41,519 bases of DNA from an uncultured Clostridia bacterium (GCA_946042285.1 CAMGDK010000001.1:1-41519), one strand, 5' to 3'. Positions 29,330 through 39,048 are shown, counted from the stretch's first letter. The notes: a model not told the origin generated them from the sequence alone. Translations and numbers: made by a program.

Positions 29330-30072
29330 TGGCAGGTTTAAATATGTACAAACAAGGTATTTATAAGGTTTTATCAAATCAAAAAATTGCCAAGGATGTT
29401 TTCAAAATGATTCTTGAGGGTGACACACAGTATATAACCGCTCCCGGTCAGTTTGTCAACATCATGCTTGAGGGCAGGTTTCTTCGCAGACCTATTTCAA
29501 TTTGCGACTGTGACGAAGGCACAATCACAATTATCTACAAGGTTGTAGGCGAGGGAACAGCGCAAATGTCAAAAATGCCTGTCGGCACAATGCTTGATGT
29601 GCTCACAGGTCTCGGCAACGGCTACGATATTTCAAAATCAACAAAGCCGCTTCTCATCGGCGGAGGAGTCGGTGTGCCTCCTATGTATATGCTCGCAAAA
29701 AGGCTTATCGAGGCAGGTCAAAAGCCCGTTGTAGTTCTTGGCTTTAACACAAGTGAGGAAATCTTCTATGAGGATGAGTTCAAGGCTCTCGGCGCAGATG
29801 TAAGGGTTACAACCGTTGACGGCTCTTACGGTGTTAAGGGATTTGTTACAGATGCATTTCCGGATGATTATGATTATTTTTACACATGCGGTCCAATGCC
29901 TATGTTTAAGGCGGTAAATGCAAAAACCACAACCTCCGGTCAGTTCTCATTTGAAGAGAGAATGGGATGCGGCTTCGGTGCCTGCATGGGATGCAGCTGT
30001 AAGACAAAGTATGGTAATAAGAGGATTTGTAAGGATGGTCCTGTTCTTGTGAAGGAGGAAATTATATGGTAG
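29329..30072 (+). CDS. pyrK: Dihydroorotate dehydrogenase B electron transfer subunit
   Basis: PGQF, RRPIS, GGGVGVPP, CGP, EERMGCGFGACMGC...C motifs; alternative start at 29344. Confidence 0.95.
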   Translation: MAGLNMYKQGIYKVLSNQKIAKDVFKMILEGDTQYITAPGQFVNIMLEGRFLRRPISICDCDEGTITIIYKVVGEGTAQMSKMPVGTMLDVLTGLGNGYDISKSTKPLLIGGGVGVPPMYMLAKRLIEAGQKPVVVLGFNTSEEIFYEDEFKALGADVRVTTVDGSYGVKGFVTDAFPDDYDYFYTCGPMPMFKAVNAKTTTSGQFSFEERMGCGFGACMGCSCKTKYGNKRICKDGPVLVKEEIIW

Positions 30073-30977
30073 ATTTATCAGTAAACCTTGCAGGAATGGA
30101 AATGGATAATCCTGTTGTCCCTGCCTCGGGTACATTCGGCTTCGGCAAGGAGTTTAAGGATTTTTACGATATCAATATTCTTGGCTCATTCTCATTCAAG
30201 GGTACAACCAGAGAGGCGAGATTCGGCAATCCGACACCTCGAATCGCGGAATGTACGGCAGGCATGATTAACGCAGTCGGTCTTCAAAATCCGGGCGTTG
30301 AAAGCGTAATTAAGCATGAGCTTCCCGAGATGAAGGAGTATTTTCATAAAAAGGTTATCGCCAATGTTTCCGGCTTTAGCGTTGAGGATTACGCTTATAC
30401 TTGTGAACTTCTTGACAAGGAGGAGCAGGTCGGTATTTTAGAGGTAAACGTTTCATGCCCGAATGTTCACGGCGGCGGAATGAGCTTCGGTACATCGCCC
30501 GAAAGCGCGGCAGAGGTTACGAAAGCAGTAAAGGCAGTGACAACAAAGCCTGTATTCATCAAGCTTTCGCCTAATGTAACAGATATTGTGTCAATAGCAA
30601 AGTCTTGTGAGGAAGCAGGCGCAGACGGAATTTGCCTTATTAACACAATGCTCGGTATGAGAATAGATATTAAGCGCAGAATACCTGTAATTGCAAATAA
30701 AATGGGTGGCTTCAGCGGTGACGCTGTTTTCCCTGTTGCAGTAAGAATGGTGTATCAGGTTTCAAAGGCATGTAATATTCCCGTTATGGGCTGCGGCGGC
30801 GTTTCATCTGCCGACAATGTTATTGAAATGATGATGGCAGGTGCAACCGCTGTTCAGGTAGGTGCGGCTAACCTTATTAACCCTTATGCCTGTAAGGAAA
30901 TAATCGAGGAGCTTCCGCTTGCATGCGAGCGCCTCGGTATAGATAAATTAAGTGATATTATAGGAGTGATTGACTAA
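30066..30977 (+). CDS. pyrD: Dihydroorotate dehydrogenase class 1B catalytic subunit
   Basis: ASGTFG, GNPTPR, NVSCPNV, KLSPNV, INT motifs. Confidence 0.97.
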   Translation: MVDLSVNLAGMEMDNPVVPASGTFGFGKEFKDFYDINILGSFSFKGTTREARFGNPTPRIAECTAGMINAVGLQNPGVESVIKHELPEMKEYFHKKVIANVSGFSVEDYAYTCELLDKEEQVGILEVNVSCPNVHGGGMSFGTSPESAAEVTKAVKAVTTKPVFIKLSPNVTDIVSIAKSCEEAGADGICLINTMLGMRIDIKRRIPVIANKMGGFSGDAVFPVAVRMVYQVSKACNIPVMGCGGVSSADNVIEMMMAGATAVQVGAANLINPYACKEIIEELPLACERLGIDKLSDIIGVID

Positions 30978-31675
30978 TGGGTAAGGACGTTATTATTGCC
31001 TGCGACTTTTCATCGGCACAGGCAACATTTGATTTCCTTGATAGGTTCAAGGAGGAGAAGCCTTTTGTAAAAATCGGCATGGAGCTTTATTACGCAGAGG
31101 GCCCGTCAATAGTAAAGGAAATTAAGAAGAGAGGTCACAAGATTTTCCTTGACCTTAAGCTTCACGATATTCCAAACACAGTTAAAAAGTCAATGTCTGT
31201 GCTTTCCGGACTTGATGTTGACATGACAAATCTTCATGCGGCAGGCACAATCGACATGATGAAGGCTGCCCTTGAGGGACTCACAAGAGAGGACGGCACA
31301 AGACCTATCCTTATCGCTGTAACACAGCTTACATCAACAAGTGAGGAAAGAATGCAAAACGAGCTTCTCATCAACGCTTCTATAAACGATACTATTGTTA
31401 AGTATGCTGGCAATGCAAAGCAGGCAGGTCTTGACGGTGTTGTTTGCTCACCGCTTGAGGCAGGAATGGTTAAGGATAATTGCGGCAGGGAGTTCATCAC
31501 GGTTACTCCCGGTGTGCGCTTTGCCGACGGTGATGTAGGTGATCAGGTTAGAGTTACAACTCCTGCAAGGGCAAAGGAAATCGGCTCTGACTATATCGTT
31601 GTCGGCAGACCGATTACTGCTGCCGAGGATCCTGTTGCGGCATACAGAAGATGCGTCAGCGAATTTGTAGGTTAA
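30977..31675 (+). CDS. pyrF: Orotidine-5'-phosphate decarboxylase
   Basis: [26 protein letters not shown] motifs. Confidence 0.98.
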   Translation: MGKDVIIACDFSSAQATFDFLDRFKEEKPFVKIGMELYYAEGPSIVKEIKKRGHKIFLDLKLHDIPNTVKKSMSVLSGLDVDMTNLHAAGTIDMMKAALEGLTREDGTRPILIAVTQLTSTSEERMQNELLINASINDTIVKYAGNAKQAGLDGVVCSPLEAGMVKDNCGREFITVTPGVRFADGDVGDQVRVTTPARAKEIGSDYIVVGRPITAAEDPVAAYRRCVSEFVG

Positions 31676-31687
31676 TGGGAGGATAAT

Positions 31688-32344
31688 ATGGAAGGCTATA
31701 AGAGAGAATTTATAAAGTTTTTAGAGGATGCCGGTGTACTTAAGTTCGGTGATTTCACTGCAAAGAGCGGCAGGAAAATTCCTTATTTCATCAACGCAGG
31801 CGACATTAAGACAGGCATGCAGATTCAAAAGCTCGGTGAGTTTTACGCAAAGGCTTATGCCGAAAAGCTCGGCAACAGGAAAACCGTTCTTTTCGGCCCT
31901 GCATACAAGGGTATTCCGATTTCTGTTTCCGTTGCATCTGCACTTGCAACAAACGGACTTGATGTTCCGTTCTTCTTCAACAGAAAGGAAGAAAAGGATC
32001 ACGGCGAGGGCGGTGTATTTGTCGGCTACACTCCAAAGGCAGGCGAGGAAATCGTTATCGTAGAGGATGTTATCACAGCAGGCACTGCTATAAGAGAAAG
32101 CATGGCTATCCTCTCAAAGCTTGAGGGTACAAAGGTTTCGGCAGTGTTCGTTATGGTTGACCGTAAGGAAAAGGGTAAGACAGAGAAATCGGCTATGGCT
32201 GAGGTTGGCGAGGAGTACGGCTTCCCTGTATATTCCGTTGTTGATGTCTATGATATTATTGAGTATCTTGAAGAGGACGAAGGAAACAGAGAAAATGTTG
32301 AGCGCATAAAGAAGTATCTTGAAGTTAACGGCGCAAAGGACTGA
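31688..32344 (+). CDS. pyrE: Orotate phosphoribosyltransferase
   Basis: [37 protein letters not shown] motifs. Confidence 0.97.
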   Translation: MEGYKREFIKFLEDAGVLKFGDFTAKSGRKIPYFINAGDIKTGMQIQKLGEFYAKAYAEKLGNRKTVLFGPAYKGIPISVSVASALATNGLDVPFFFNRKEEKDHGEGGVFVGYTPKAGEEIVIVEDVITAGTAIRESMAILSKLEGTKVSAVFVMVDRKEKGKTEKSAMAEVGEEYGFPVYSVVDVYDIIEYLEEDEGNRENVERIKKYLEVNGAKD

Positions 32345-32360
32345 AAGCGAGGCTTTTAAT

Positions 32361-33284
32361 ATGAGACATTTGCTTGACACAACCGATTTATCGTTACAGG
32401 AAATTGACGATATGATTGCAACTGCAATCGACATCATTGATAATAAAGAAAAATATGCTCATATCTGTGACGGCAAAAAGCTTGCAACACTTTTCTTTGA
32501 GCCGTCAACAAGGACAAGGCTTTCGTTTGAGGCTGCCATGATGGAGCTTGGAGGCAATGTGCTCGGATTTTCCGAGGCAGCTTCTTCATCTGCCTCAAAG
32601 GGTGAAAGCGTTGAGGATACTGCAAGAATGGTATCGTGCTATGCAGATATTATTGCAATGCGCCATCCGCTTGAGGGTGCGCCGAGAGTGGCAAGCTTTA
32701 AGAGCGGCGTACCGATTATAAATGCAGGCGACGGCGGTCATTCGCATCCTACACAGACTCTTACCGATTTGCTCACGATTTACAGAGAAAAGGGCACATT
32801 CGACGGCTTAACAATCGGTCTTTGCGGTGACCTTAAGTTTGGCAGGACTGTTCATTCGCTCATCAAGGCAATGTGCAGATATAACGATGTTAAGTTTGTG
32901 CTTATTTCACCAAAGGAGCTTGGAGTTCCCGATTATATCAAAAGTGATATTCTCGACAAAAGCGGTTGCTCCTATAAAGAGGTTGAGACTATGGATGAGG
33001 TTATGGCAGAGCTTGACATTCTCTACATGACTCGTATTCAGCGTGAGCGCTTCTTCTCTGAGGACGAATATCTTAAGCACAAGGATGCATTTATTCTCGA
33101 CCTCGACAAGCTTAAGAATGCCAAAGCAGACCTTGCAATCATGCATCCGCTTCCGAGGGTTAACGAAATCTCGCCGGAGGTTGACGACGATCCGAGAGCA
33201 AAATATTTTGTTCAGGCACTCAACGGCAAGTATATAAGAATGGCGCTGATTAAAACTCTTCTCGAATGGGGAGGTGCACTTTAA
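32361..33284 (+). CDS. pyrB: Aspartate carbamoyltransferase catalytic subunit
   Basis: [32 protein letters not shown]; start adjusted to ATG 32361. Confidence 0.98.
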   Translation: MRHLLDTTDLSLQEIDDMIATAIDIIDNKEKYAHICDGKKLATLFFEPSTRTRLSFEAAMMELGGNVLGFSEAASSSASKGESVEDTARMVSCYADIIAMRHPLEGAPRVASFKSGVPIINAGDGGHSHPTQTLTDLLTIYREKGTFDGLTIGLCGDLKFGRTVHSLIKAMCRYNDVKFVLISPKELGVPDYIKSDILDKSGCSYKEVETMDEVMAELDILYMTRIQRERFFSEDEYLKHKDAFILDLDKLKNAKADLAIMHPLPRVNEISPEVDDDPRAKYFVQALNGKYIRMALIKTLLEWGGAL

Positions 33285-33694
33285 TGCAGATAGATAAAAT
33301 CGAAAACGGTATTGTTTTTGACCACATAACAGCAGGCAAGGGCATGGAGGTATATAATACACTTCATCTTGACAGATTAAGCTGTCAGGTTGCCATTATC
33401 CAAAATGCCAAGTCGGAAAAAATGGGCGCAAAGGACATTATAAAAATCAATGACTTGATTGATATTAACCTTGATGTCCTATGCTATATTGACAAAAACA
33501 TTACAGTCAGCATTATTAAAGACGGCAAATCGGCAGAAAAGAAAACACTTTCACTTCCTGCCGAGCTTAAAAACGTTATTAAATGCTCAAATCCCCGTTG
33601 TATAAGCAACAACGAAGACATAGACCACATATTCACCCTTGTTGATGACGAGGGTACATACAGATGCCTTTACTGCGAAACAAAGGCTAAATAA
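33284..33694 (+). CDS. pyrI: Aspartate carbamoyltransferase regulatory subunit
   Basis: IENGIVFDHI, KDIIKI, CSNPRC and CLYC zinc ligands; TAATG overlap with pyrB. Confidence 0.95.
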   Translation: MQIDKIENGIVFDHITAGKGMEVYNTLHLDRLSCQVAIIQNAKSEKMGAKDIIKINDLIDINLDVLCYIDKNITVSIIKDGKSAEKKTLSLPAELKNVIKCSNPRCISNNEDIDHIFTLVDDEGTYRCLYCETKAK

Positions 33695-33706
33695 TAAGAT
33701 TTATTC

Positions 33707-33730
33707 ATAGGGGCGAACATTGTTCGCCCG
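33707..33730. repeat. REP-like palindrome
   Basis: ATAG-GGGCGAACA-T-TGTTCGCCC-G: perfect 9-bp arms preceded by a GTAG-like tetramer. Confidence 0.55.
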
Positions 33731-33758
33731 CTTTATTTTTCAGCGACTTAAAAATTTG

Positions 33759-33794
33759 AAAAGTGGCATAAATATCGAATTTATGCCACTTTTT
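33759..33794. terminator. Bidirectional terminator between pyrI and mtaD
   Basis: AAAAGTGGCATAAA-7 nt-TTTATGCCACTTTTT. Confidence 0.88.
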
Positions 33795-33811
33795 GCGTTT
33801 TTTTATTTTTG

Positions 33812-35074
33812 CTAATCATTTTTAATTCTATCTGTAATCGATTGAGCCTCGAAATAGATTTTTTCAATATCATATAGCGGAAATTCGCCGTTTTCGTATA
33901 AAATTTTACCGTTGACCATTGTCAGCTTAACATTATCCTTTGAGCCGCTGTAAACAAGGTTTTTAGTGATGTCATTTATAGGCTGCATATTAGGCTTGTG
34001 CATGTCAATAACAGTTAGGTCTGCCTTGCCTCCAATCTTAATGCAGTCGCAATCATCGTATCCCATGCACCTCGCAGAGCCGAGTGTCGCCATTTTTAAA
34101 ACTGCATTTGCGTCCATTGAGGAAGCGTCCTTATTCTTAATCTTTTGCAATGCACAAATCATGTACATTTCTCTAAATATATCAAGCGCATTGTTTGAGC
34201 TCGGTCCGTCAGTGCCAATCGCAAGATTTATTCCTGCCTTGTGCATATCCTCAACCGCAGCAACACCGGACGCAAGCTTACAATTTGAGCCTGCATTGAT
34301 TATTGCCCATACACCGCGCTTTTTATATATTTCATAGTCCTTTTCATCAAGCCATACACTGTGAAAGGCACCGCCTCCGTAGCTGAAAAGACCGAGACTG
34401 TCGAAAAGCTCTGTCGGCGTTTTATTATATTTGTGAATACAATCCGAGGTTTCCGACATTGTTTCGCTTGAGTGCATAAATACGGGAGCCTTGTATTTTT
34501 CGGCGAGCCTGCCGATGCCCTTTAGCAAAGACCTGTCTGTTGTATATTCGGCATGAAATCCCAATTTGTACGAAATCAATTCGTTGTAATTGTTGTATGT
34601 GTTGTAGTATTCCTCAAGCAAATCAAGCGACTCCTTGAAATTATTTAGCCCACAGCACATTGTTGTGCGAAAGCCCATTTCAACACTTGCTCTTGCCATT
34701 GCGTCGGGGAAATAGTACATGTCAAAGCATGCAGATGTGCCGCTTGTAAGGTATTCGAGAATTGAAAGCCTTGAAAGCTTGTAAACATCATCGGCAGTGA
34801 GCTTTGCCTCCATAGGAAAGATTTTATCAAAAAGCCATTCCTGAAGCGGCATATCGTCGCTTAATGTTCTTCCAAAGGTCATTGCGGAGTGAGTATGAGC
34901 ATTCTTGAACGCAGGCATCAAAAGATTACCGTTTAGGTCAATTTCTCTGTCAAATTTACCTTCCTTTTTAGGACCTATATATGTGATTTTATTGCCGTCA
35001 ACCCATACCTCATCATTCGTAATGCTAAGGTCATCGGCAAGAGTTAAAACTCTGCCGTTGTAAAATCTAATCAT
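33812..35074 (-). CDS. mtaD: Amidohydrolase, MTA/SAH/5'-deoxyadenosine deaminase family
   Basis: NAHTH, WL..IFPME, DMY, HA, HSSE, SNCKLASG, GTDG..SNN; adjacent to mtnA. Confidence 0.75.
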   Translation of the reverse strand: MIRFYNGRVLTLADDLSITNDEVWVDGNKITYIGPKKEGKFDREIDLNGNLLMPAFKNAHTHSAMTFGRTLSDDMPLQEWLFDKIFPMEAKLTADDVYKLSRLSILEYLTSGTSACFDMYYFPDAMARASVEMGFRTTMCCGLNNFKESLDLLEEYYNTYNNYNELISYKLGFHAEYTTDRSLLKGIGRLAEKYKAPVFMHSSETMSETSDCIHKYNKTPTELFDSLGLFSYGGGAFHSVWLDEKDYEIYKKRGVWAIINAGSNCKLASGVAAVEDMHKAGINLAIGTDGPSSNNALDIFREMYMICALQKIKNKDASSMDANAVLKMATLGSARCMGYDDCDCIKIGGKADLTVIDMHKPNMQPINDITKNLVYSGSKDNVKLTMVNGKILYENGEFPLYDIEKIYFEAQSITDRIKND

Positions 35075-36048
35075 TTGAGTATCTCCTTAAGATTTTTGTC
35101 GTACGGAGGCGTTACGATGCCCTTGTCTGTGATAATTGCCGTAATTAACGAGTTATCAGTCACATCAAATGCGTAGTTAAGGCATTTCGTTTGCTTGAGC
35201 GCGGTCGGCTTTTCGTAATACATTTCCTTGATTTCATCGGCATCTCGCATTTCTATTTTGATGTCATCGCCTGTTTTGCAGGTGAAATCAACAGTAGAAT
35301 ACGGACCGAGAACATAAAACGGTATTCTGTAATGCTTTGCAAGAACAGCAACAGAGCTTGTGCCTATTTTATTGGCGGCATCACCGTTTGCGGCAACCCT
35401 GTCGCAGCCGACAAGAACTGCGTCAATCAAGCCTTCCTTCATAACCTGACCTGCCATGTTATCGCAAATAAGAGTGACATCAACTCCCGCCTTTTCAAGC
35501 TCGTAGCTTGTAAGCCTTGCACCTTGGAGTAAAGGTCTTGTTTCGTCACTGTAAACCCTGAAATTATATCCCTTTTCCTTGCCTAAAAGGAGAGGTCCCA
35601 GCCCGGTCCCGTATCTGCTTGCCGCAAGCTCACCGGCGTTGCAATGAGTGAGAATACCGTCACCGTCTTTAAGTAATGACAGACCGTATTCGCTTATTTT
35701 TCTGCACATTTCAATGTCTTCATCTTGGATTGATCTTGCTTCATCAACTAAATTCCTGCCTGCCTTGTAGGCGTTAACCATTCTGTCGGTCGCCCAGCTT
35801 AAATTCACGGCTGTCGGTCGTGAAGAATCAAGATAAGCCTTCAAATCATAAATGTCATTGCCCGAAGCAAAAACCGCCATTGCATAAGCCGCAAATACGC
35901 CGATAGCCGGAGCACCGCGCACCATTAGCTTTTTTATGGCATCATAAGCCTGCTCCTTTGTGTTGATGTTAACCCATTTTTCTTCGTTAGGCAAAAGCGT
36001 TTGGTCAAGTATTGTTAATTTGCCGTTTTCATATTTAAGATTTATCAT
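35071..36048 (-). CDS. mtnA: S-methyl-5-thioribose-1-phosphate isomerase
   Basis: LDQTLLP, VRGAPAIG, SRPTAVNL, THCNAG, ETRPLLQGARLT, NKIGT, FDVT motifs. Confidence 0.95.
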   Translation of the reverse strand: MINLKYENGKLTILDQTLLPNEEKWVNINTKEQAYDAIKKLMVRGAPAIGVFAAYAMAVFASGNDIYDLKAYLDSSRPTAVNLSWATDRMVNAYKAGRNLVDEARSIQDEDIEMCRKISEYGLSLLKDGDGILTHCNAGELAASRYGTGLGPLLLGKEKGYNFRVYSDETRPLLQGARLTSYELEKAGVDVTLICDNMAGQVMKEGLIDAVLVGCDRVAANGDAANKIGTSSVAVLAKHYRIPFYVLGPYSTVDFTCKTGDDIKIEMRDADEIKEMYYEKPTALKQTKCLNYAFDVTDNSLITAIITDKGIVTPPYDKNLKEILK

Positions 36049-36049
36049 G

Positions 36050-36853
36050 TCAAAATCGCTTTACAGCTTCCTTTACAAGTCTTTTAAATGTCGGTGCAAC
36101 CTTGCTTGCGGTTTCCGTAACCTCTGCATCCGACAGTGGATTCTCACTTATTCCGCATGCCATGTTTGTGATAAGGCTGATACCGCACACCTCAAATCCG
36201 CAATGCACTCCTGTCTGCGCATCAATAGCAGTGCTCATTCCGACTGCATCTGCGCCCAAAAGTGACGCCATTCTTATTTCAGCCTTTGTTTCAAAGCACG
36301 GTCCCCTGAATTGTATATATACACCCTCGCGAAGAGCTATCCCCTCATCAACTGCAGTGTCACGAATAATATCGTTTAGCCTTGGTGAGTAAACATTTGT
36401 CATGTCAGGGAAGCGCGTGCCGATGCTGTCGTCATTTTTACCTATAAGAGCTGACGGTACAAAGCTCGAAATGTGGTCGTTTATCAGCATAAAATCTCCA
36501 ACCTTGAAGCCTTTGTTAACACCGCCCGCAGCGTTTGTTAAAAGCAGAACACCTGCTCCCATTTTTCTCATAAGTCTAATAGGCGTGGCAAGCTCCTCAC
36601 CGCTGTACCCCTCGTACAGATGTATCCTGCCCTGCATTATTACAACCTTCCTGTCGCCTATATAGCCTAAAACATATCTCCCTTTGTGGCTTGCAACGGT
36701 CGAAACGGGGAAATCGGGAATATCGGCATAGTTAATCACTGCTTCTGATTTGATTTCATCTGCAAGCTCGCCTAATCCGCTGCCGAGAACTATTGCAATT
36801 TCCGGCTCAAAGGATGTTATTTTTCTTATATATTCCAATTGTTTCTTTAGCAT
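36050..36853 (-). CDS. punA: Purine nucleoside phosphorylase (trimeric NP-I type)
   Basis: LGSGLG, GRIHLYEG, TNAAGG, GPCFET, GADAVGMST, TN motifs. Confidence 0.9.
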   Translation of the reverse strand: MLKKQLEYIRKITSFEPEIAIVLGSGLGELADEIKSEAVINYADIPDFPVSTVASHKGRYVLGYIGDRKVVIMQGRIHLYEGYSGEELATPIRLMRKMGAGVLLLTNAAGGVNKGFKVGDFMLINDHISSFVPSALIGKNDDSIGTRFPDMTNVYSPRLNDIIRDTAVDEGIALREGVYIQFRGPCFETKAEIRMASLLGADAVGMSTAIDAQTGVHCGFEVCGISLITNMACGISENPLSDAEVTETASKVAPTFKRLVKEAVKRF

Positions 36854-36894
36854 GATGCACTCCTGAAAAAATTGTTTTGTAGTTTATGTGTTTT

Positions 36895-36923
36895 ATTATA
36901 GTATTTTTCGAATATTAAATCAA
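36895..36923 (-). promoter_or_regulatory. Sigma-A promoter of punA-mtnA-mtaD
   Basis: Minus strand TTGATT-17 bp-TATAAT. Confidence 0.65.
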
Positions 36924-36931
36924 TATTGCTA

Positions 36932-36960
36932 TTGCATTATTATTACTTTTTTGGTATTAT
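36932..36960 (+). promoter_or_regulatory. Sigma-A promoter of the second BMP lipoprotein gene
   Basis: TTGCAT-17 bp-TATTAT with extended -10 TG. Confidence 0.6.
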
Positions 36961-37020
36961 AAATACAATAGTATTACAATGACCAAGTTGTGTTAACACC
37001 GAGCTTTTGGAGGTTTAAAT

Positions 37021-38889
37021 ATGAAAAAGGTTATTTCAGTCTTGATGTGCGCAGCACTTGCAGCATGCTCGATATTTGCTATGGCAGGCTGCACAAAGCA
37101 GAATGAGCTAAAGAGTGATATTGTTCTTATTACAGACGGAGGTCATATCAATGACGACGGCTACAATCAGAGTGCTTGGGAGGGGATTTCTCAGTTTGCA
37201 GATGAGAATGTAATGTCTTGTCGTTACTATCAGCCTGTACTTGATGAGAACGGCGATCTCACTGTTGAGAATATTGATAAATATGTCAGCCTTGCAGCAG
37301 ATAACGGGGCACAGTACATTGTTCTTCCGGGCGAAGATTTTGCGGTTCCTGCATTCGAGCTTGCCGGTGCATATCCTGATGTTAAGTTTATTCTGTTAGA
37401 TGCAATCCCTCACGCTGAAAATGATAATACACATGCTTATCTTTCAAATGTTATGAGCGTTAAGTTTGATGCTCTTCAAAGCGGTGTGCTTGCCGGATAT
37501 ATTGCGGCAGCAAGCGGTCATACCGAGCTTGGTTATTTCGGCGAGTTTGACAGTGAAAGTTCAGCTAACTACGGTGCCGGCTTTGTACAGGGTGCGGCTA
37601 TGGTTGCCGATTCAAAGGGAATTCCCGTTACTGTTGATTGGGCAGAGTATGACTCGGCGATTCTTGATTACGATTATAACTTTACCGTTACGGCATGCTA
37701 CGAAAAGATTGAAGATACAAACGATAAGGTCTTTAATGTTAAGGTTGAAAACGGCGTCGGTACAGGTACTTATAAAGAGGGTAGTAATGTTACAATCACT
37801 GCAAATCCCGCTCCTTTAGGCAAGGAGTTTGACAAGTGGGAGGTCAAGAGTGATACAAAGGGTGTTAAGGACAAGAAGGTTAATATTTCCTCAAGCACCA
37901 AGTCATCAATGAATCTTCTGGTTGAAGAATGTGATTGCACAATTACAGCAGTTTACAAGGATATTGAGGGCGATGTTGTTACATTAACAACTATGGACAC
38001 AGACGGCAAAACTCCATATCTTGAGCAGTCAGTTGCCGAAAACAGTCAGTGTGACATTAAAGCACCGGTTGCTCCTACAAGCATGGTGTTTGATCATTGG
38101 GAATGTACGGTAGCAGATGCAGTTGAGGACGAAACAAGCGCACAGACAAAGGTTAATATAACCTCACAGGATATTACAGTTACTCCTGTTTATGCCATCA
38201 GCTCAACTCCGACATTTAATGTAACAGTTGCAACAGGCGAGGGTGGAAACGGTGAGTCAACAGGCTCAGGCTCTTATCTTGCAGAGGATTTGGTAGAGAT
38301 TTCGGCTGCTGTGCCGGCAGAGGGATATATGTTCTCTCATTGGTCAAATGAGGATGCTTACGGCCACAGCACAGGTATTTCAATGGAAAATGAGTATTGC
38401 ATGGTAACAAGCTTTGAAATGGTTGACAGATATGCATCACTTTGCGAAGCAATGTACAACCACGGCGCAACAATGATTTTTAACGGCGGTAATTCAAAGG
38501 CAGATTCAGCAATGACAGCTAAATGGGGCTTTGATTATGACCTTGGCGTTATCGCTGCAGGCGAAAAGAATAAGGACGCATATTCAACAATAATTAAGAA
38601 TTTCGGCGAGGCGGCAAAGGATTGCCTTGCAGAGTATAAGGGAGGCTCGGTATTTGTTGCTGATTGCTCAAATAACGGAATTTACGCTTCCTTCGTACCC
38701 GAGGATGAGGAAATTAAGGCTGAATACGATAAGCTTTACGAGACGCTTGCAAATGATAAGGCTACGCTGATAATGGTAGAAGGCGGAGCAGGAAGCGAAT
38801 TCTGCAGAAGATTTGTTGAGAATAAGCTTTCAAAATGTCTTACTCTTAACGCATGGTTTGATGACGAAGTAGTTATCGAGTTAGATTAA
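37021..38889 (+). CDS. BMP/PnrA-family lipoprotein with about 250 aa of inserted InlB-B-like (Flg_new-like) repeats
   Basis: Lipobox MAGC; TDGGHINDDGYNQSAWEG, YPDVKFILLD, GVLAGYIAA, GFVQGA; three F-x-x-W repeat units; BMP-like sequence resumes at AMYNHGATMIF. Confidence 0.78.
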   Translation: MKKVISVLMCAALAACSIFAMAGCTKQNELKSDIVLITDGGHINDDGYNQSAWEGISQFADENVMSCRYYQPVLDENGDLTVENIDKYVSLAADNGAQYIVLPGEDFAVPAFELAGAYPDVKFILLDAIPHAENDNTHAYLSNVMSVKFDALQSGVLAGYIAAASGHTELGYFGEFDSESSANYGAGFVQGAAMVADSKGIPVTVDWAEYDSAILDYDYNFTVTACYEKIEDTNDKVFNVKVENGVGTGTYKEGSNVTITANPAPLGKEFDKWEVKSDTKGVKDKKVNISSSTKSSMNLLVEECDCTITAVYKDIEGDVVTLTTMDTDGKTPYLEQSVAENSQCDIKAPVAPTSMVFDHWECTVADAVEDETSAQTKVNITSQDITVTPVYAISSTPTFNVTVATGEGGNGESTGSGSYLAEDLVEISAAVPAEGYMFSHWSNEDAYGHSTGISMENEYCMVTSFEMVDRYASLCEAMYNHGATMIFNGGNSKADSAMTAKWGFDYDLGVIAAGEKNKDAYSTIIKNFGEAAKDCLAEYKGGSVFVADCSNNGIYASFVPEDEEIKAEYDKLYETLANDKATLIMVEGGAGSEFCRRFVENKLSKCLTLNAWFDDEVVIELD

Positions 38890-38905
38890 TATAACATAGT
38901 AAATG

Positions 38906-38944
38906 AAAACACCATCAAGTATTTTTGTGCTGATGGTGTTTTTT
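38906..38944 (+). terminator. Intrinsic terminator
   Basis: AAAACACCATCA-loop-TGATGGTGTTTTTT. Confidence 0.82.
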
Positions 38945-39048
38945 CTGTTAAAGTTGGTGATTTTGTAAATTCAACCTTGAAAATTAGCTGTATTTATTGT
39001 ATAATAAATCGTTGTTATGTTTGCATATTGAATTATCAGGAGAGAGAT

